Source: an uncultured archaeon (GTDB lineage: Archaea; Asgardarchaeota; Heimdallarchaeia; Heimdallarchaeales; Heimdallarchaeaceae). From it: a stretch of 18,890 nt of DNA. Below are positions 16,510 to 18,890 of this stretch, one piece after another. The translations under genes were made by a program, and so were the position numbers. The DNA is taken from positions 45,787-64,676 of the forward strand of contig CAZJUB010000012.1 of NCBI GenBank assembly GCA_964549075.1, written 5' to 3'. Each line of letters begins with the position of its first letter. Positions within the stretch are counted from its first letter, which is position 1. The notes below the pieces were generated by a model. It worked only from the letters and a program-made list of their open reading frames with translations. It made no database searches and had not been told where the DNA came from.

Positions 16510-18048
16510 ATGAGTGATTTATCTGCTAATGAAATTGATGAAATTGAGGATGATCTTTATTCAATTCCTCATCCAACACGATCCTTAATTGGTATTTTTA
16601 TCTCTACGTTCTTTCTAAGAGTAGCTTTTGGAAGTACTACTGTACTCATGCCTATCTATATTTTTCAACACTTGAAAGGTATGGCTGGATGGGGTGGGCA
16701 GCTTAGTATAGTAATAGTAGAAACAACCTATGCCATTGCAGTAATTGTTAGTTCAGGATATTTTGGTTTTAGATCTGACACATCAAATTCTAAGCGATGG
16801 ATACTGATGGGTACAGCTGCTGGAGGGATAATATTAGCAGGGTATGGAATTTGTGCCTTAAATTGGGATGGGTGGATAGGAATTACACCTTTGGTAAATG
16901 GATTGATGATTTTTGGCATGAGTATCTACCATTTCTTACATGGGTTAGCAGGTTCTTGTAAAGTAAATGCTTCATATGGGTATATATCTAGATTCTCCGT
17001 TTATGAAACTAGGGCTACTCGAATAGGATTCTATAATGTATTCGTCACTGGTGGGAGAGCTGTTGGAGTTATTCTTGCTGGTGTTTTATATGATGCTATT
17101 GTTGGAGTTACAGAAGTTGATGAAACTACTTGGAATCCAACGAATCCTCACAGATTAGTTTATCTATATCTCATATTTGGTTTCGCAATTCTTCTTTCAG
17201 CTGTTATAGTTTATTTTATGTTAGATAAAACCAAATCAGTGGTCAAAGAGGAAAATTATAGTATAAAGAAGGAATTGTTAACTTCTTGGAGAATGATAAA
17301 AGACAAAAGTAGAAGGGGAATTATTTTACCGCTTCTTGGAACAGCTTCAATTGTAGGGATTCTTAATAACTGGGGTTTTCTTGTTCTTTCGTTAGAATCA
17401 ACTCCTGCTAAAGCTAGTTGGACAACTGTTCTTTTTACACTAGCTATGGGTGCTCCAATGGCTTTGTGGGGGTGGTTAGCTGATAGAATAGGTAGAAAGA
17501 AGACATTATGGATTGGTGTCGCAGGATTGCTAATTATGTCTGTTATGATAGGTATTGCTTTCTTTGGTAATTATCTTACTGGAGGTAATCCTTGGTATGA
17601 TCCAAGCTCTCAGTTTGATGCTGGAGGTTTTATCCAACCAGAAAACCTTTGGTTGACAATTATTCTTATTCTTTCTCTTATTATGGGTTCTGCCTATTTT
17701 CCAGCAATAAGTGGTAGATTGGGAGATAGCAGTTCACTCGGTGTTACAGAAGGAGTTGATGGTGAAACAAAAGAATTGGAAAAAACTGCTGAATTTCATG
17801 GTGCAACCATGAGTATTCAACAAACCATCCTCTCAATAAGTGAAATTATTGGTATTGTAGTTGGAGGTCTAGCATTAATGATTGTCTATGCTCTAGCCAA
17901 AACTGCAACTAATTTTGCATATAACATGATTGGAATGATTGTTCCAATACTAATCTTACTTATCTTTACAACAATAGTGTCATTTTTGTGGCCAGCAGAA
18001 GATGAATTTATAGAAACTAGCAAAGTTAGAAGAAGGAAAAAGAGCTAA
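16510..18048 (+). CDS. MFS transporter
   Basis: About 12 TM helices. Motif A GWLADRIGRKK in the C-terminal half and degenerate GFRSDTSNSKR in the N-terminal half. GAGG RBS. Confidence 0.88.
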   Translation: MSDLSANEIDEIEDDLYSIPHPTRSLIGIFISTFFLRVAFGSTTVLMPIYIFQHLKGMAGWGGQLSIVIVETTYAIAVIVSSGYFGFRSDTSNSKRWILMGTAAGGIILAGYGICALNWDGWIGITPLVNGLMIFGMSIYHFLHGLAGSCKVNASYGYISRFSVYETRATRIGFYNVFVTGGRAVGVILAGVLYDAIVGVTEVDETTWNPTNPHRLVYLYLIFGFAILLSAVIVYFMLDKTKSVVKEENYSIKKELLTSWRMIKDKSRRGIILPLLGTASIVGILNNWGFLVLSLESTPAKASWTTVLFTLAMGAPMALWGWLADRIGRKKTLWIGVAGLLIMSVMIGIAFFGNYLTGGNPWYDPSSQFDAGGFIQPENLWLTIILILSLIMGSAYFPAISGRLGDSSSLGVTEGVDGETKELEKTAEFHGATMSIQQTILSISEIIGIVVGGLALMIVYALAKTATNFAYNMIGMIVPILILLIFTTIVSFLWPAEDEFIETSKVRRRKKS

Positions 18049-18121
18049 AAATTAGGAAAATTTTTCCATTGAATTAGCTCTTACCCACAATTTTTTAACC
18101 TAGTATTTTTCGCAATCATCA

Positions 18122-18890
18122 ATGAAAAACAATTGGTTGTTTCTAAATCAGATGTCATTTAATACAGACTTCGTAGACCCCGATACAACAGTAATTGTTG
18201 GTTTTTCTGGTTATGGTTCTGTTGGTACTACTGTTTTAAATCACATTATTGAGAAACTTAATGTTGAATCCATAGGTTTCTGGGGAACACTTAGCTGGTT
18301 TCATAAAGGAATTTTAGAAACACCAATTACAGTTTATAGATTAAATATCAAATCTAAAGATAGCAATGAGAAATTTGTTCTAGTAACTTCTAGGCTTCCT
18401 ATACCTGTTGTCGGATTTAATGCTTTACCTGATGCTTTTTGGAAATGGCTTTCTCAAGAGATGCTCTCTTGGAGAGCTAAACGATATGTGGTTATTGGTG
18501 GATTAAGAGAGGATATGCGCAATTCTTCTGACGATGCTTGGACAACTTTAATTCCTACAAAAAAATATACAGAGACATATGGTACCAAAAGAACTTTCAA
18601 GGACGATTTAACGATTCGAGGTCCTATCAGTTTCTTACTTACAGAGGGAACAGCCTACAATCTTCCTGTTTTAGGTGTTCTATCCTATTGTAACACATAT
18701 GATATAGATTTAGATGCAGCATTAATGGCTTTAAAAGACTTAGAAAACCAGCTTAAAATAGATTTAGAATCTGAAGAAATTGTGGAATTTGATTTTTCAT
18801 TTCTAGAAAACCAGATAGAACTTTTCCAAGAAGAATCAGATTTTGAAGAAGAGTATGATGAAGAATTCGACGAAGAGTATGATGAAGAAT
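18122..18890 (+). CDS. PAC2 family (proteasome assembly chaperone-like) protein, truncated by the window edge
   Basis: Manual translation: MKNNWLFLNQMSFNTDFVDPDTTVIVGFSGYGSVGTTVLNHIIEKLNVESIG...YVVIGGL...IRGPISFLL...DLDAALMAL, open to the end of the window. Alternative start at 18152. Confidence 0.8.
   Translation, partial: MKNNWLFLNQMSFNTDFVDPDTTVIVGFSGYGSVGTTVLNHIIEKLNVESIGFWGTLSWFHKGILETPITVYRLNIKSKDSNEKFVLVTSRLPIPVVGFNALPDAFWKWLSQEMLSWRAKRYVVIGGLREDMRNSSDDAWTTLIPTKKYTETYGTKRTFKDDLTIRGPISFLLTEGTAYNLPVLGVLSYCNTYDIDLDAALMALKDLENQLKIDLESEEIVEFDFSFLENQIELFQEESDFEEEYDEEFDEEYDEE
18848..18890 (+). repeat. 24 nt-period repeat encoding an acidic tail (EEYDEEFD EEYDEE...)
   Basis: gaagagtatgatgaagaat at 18848-18866 and 18872-18890. 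Confidence 0.8.

Noticed and set aside
4514-16919. Short ORFs 4514-4747, 12063-12251, 13252-13467, 14209-14454, 15979-16296 and 16728-16919
   Set aside because: All overlap longer, well-supported genes on the opposite strand or in another frame.

Overview
AT-rich window from an archaeal genome. Gene content and style suggest an Asgard or Heimdallarchaeia-like MAG, which is an inference. Left to right: an AlaX-type tRNA editing protein with a DHHA1 tail (-), a zinc-ribbon membrane protein (-), and ADP-forming acyl-CoA synthetase alpha and beta subunits (+). Next is a tightly coupled ~10.6 kb minus-strand operon built around a MoxR AAA+ ATPase and a DUF58/VWA protein, plus five uncharacterised membrane or surface proteins. 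It is followed by a double winged-helix regulator (-), an AbrB-like/ACT regulator (-), an MFS transporter (+) and a 3'-truncated PAC2-family gene (+) missing from the ORF track. Four things are not explained by the ORF track. (1) A ~105 bp relic copy of the wHTH gene 5' end (15741-15847) has a 27 bp perfect match followed by almost purely synonymous divergence. (2) The two regulators share a collinear promoter/5'UTR. (3) The IgGFc-like and CARDB ORFs lie in the same frame and are separated only by two TAA codons in a 39 bp pure-AT patch. (4) A 740 aa membrane protein is internally duplicated. No rRNA, tRNA, CRISPR array or transposase was recognised.
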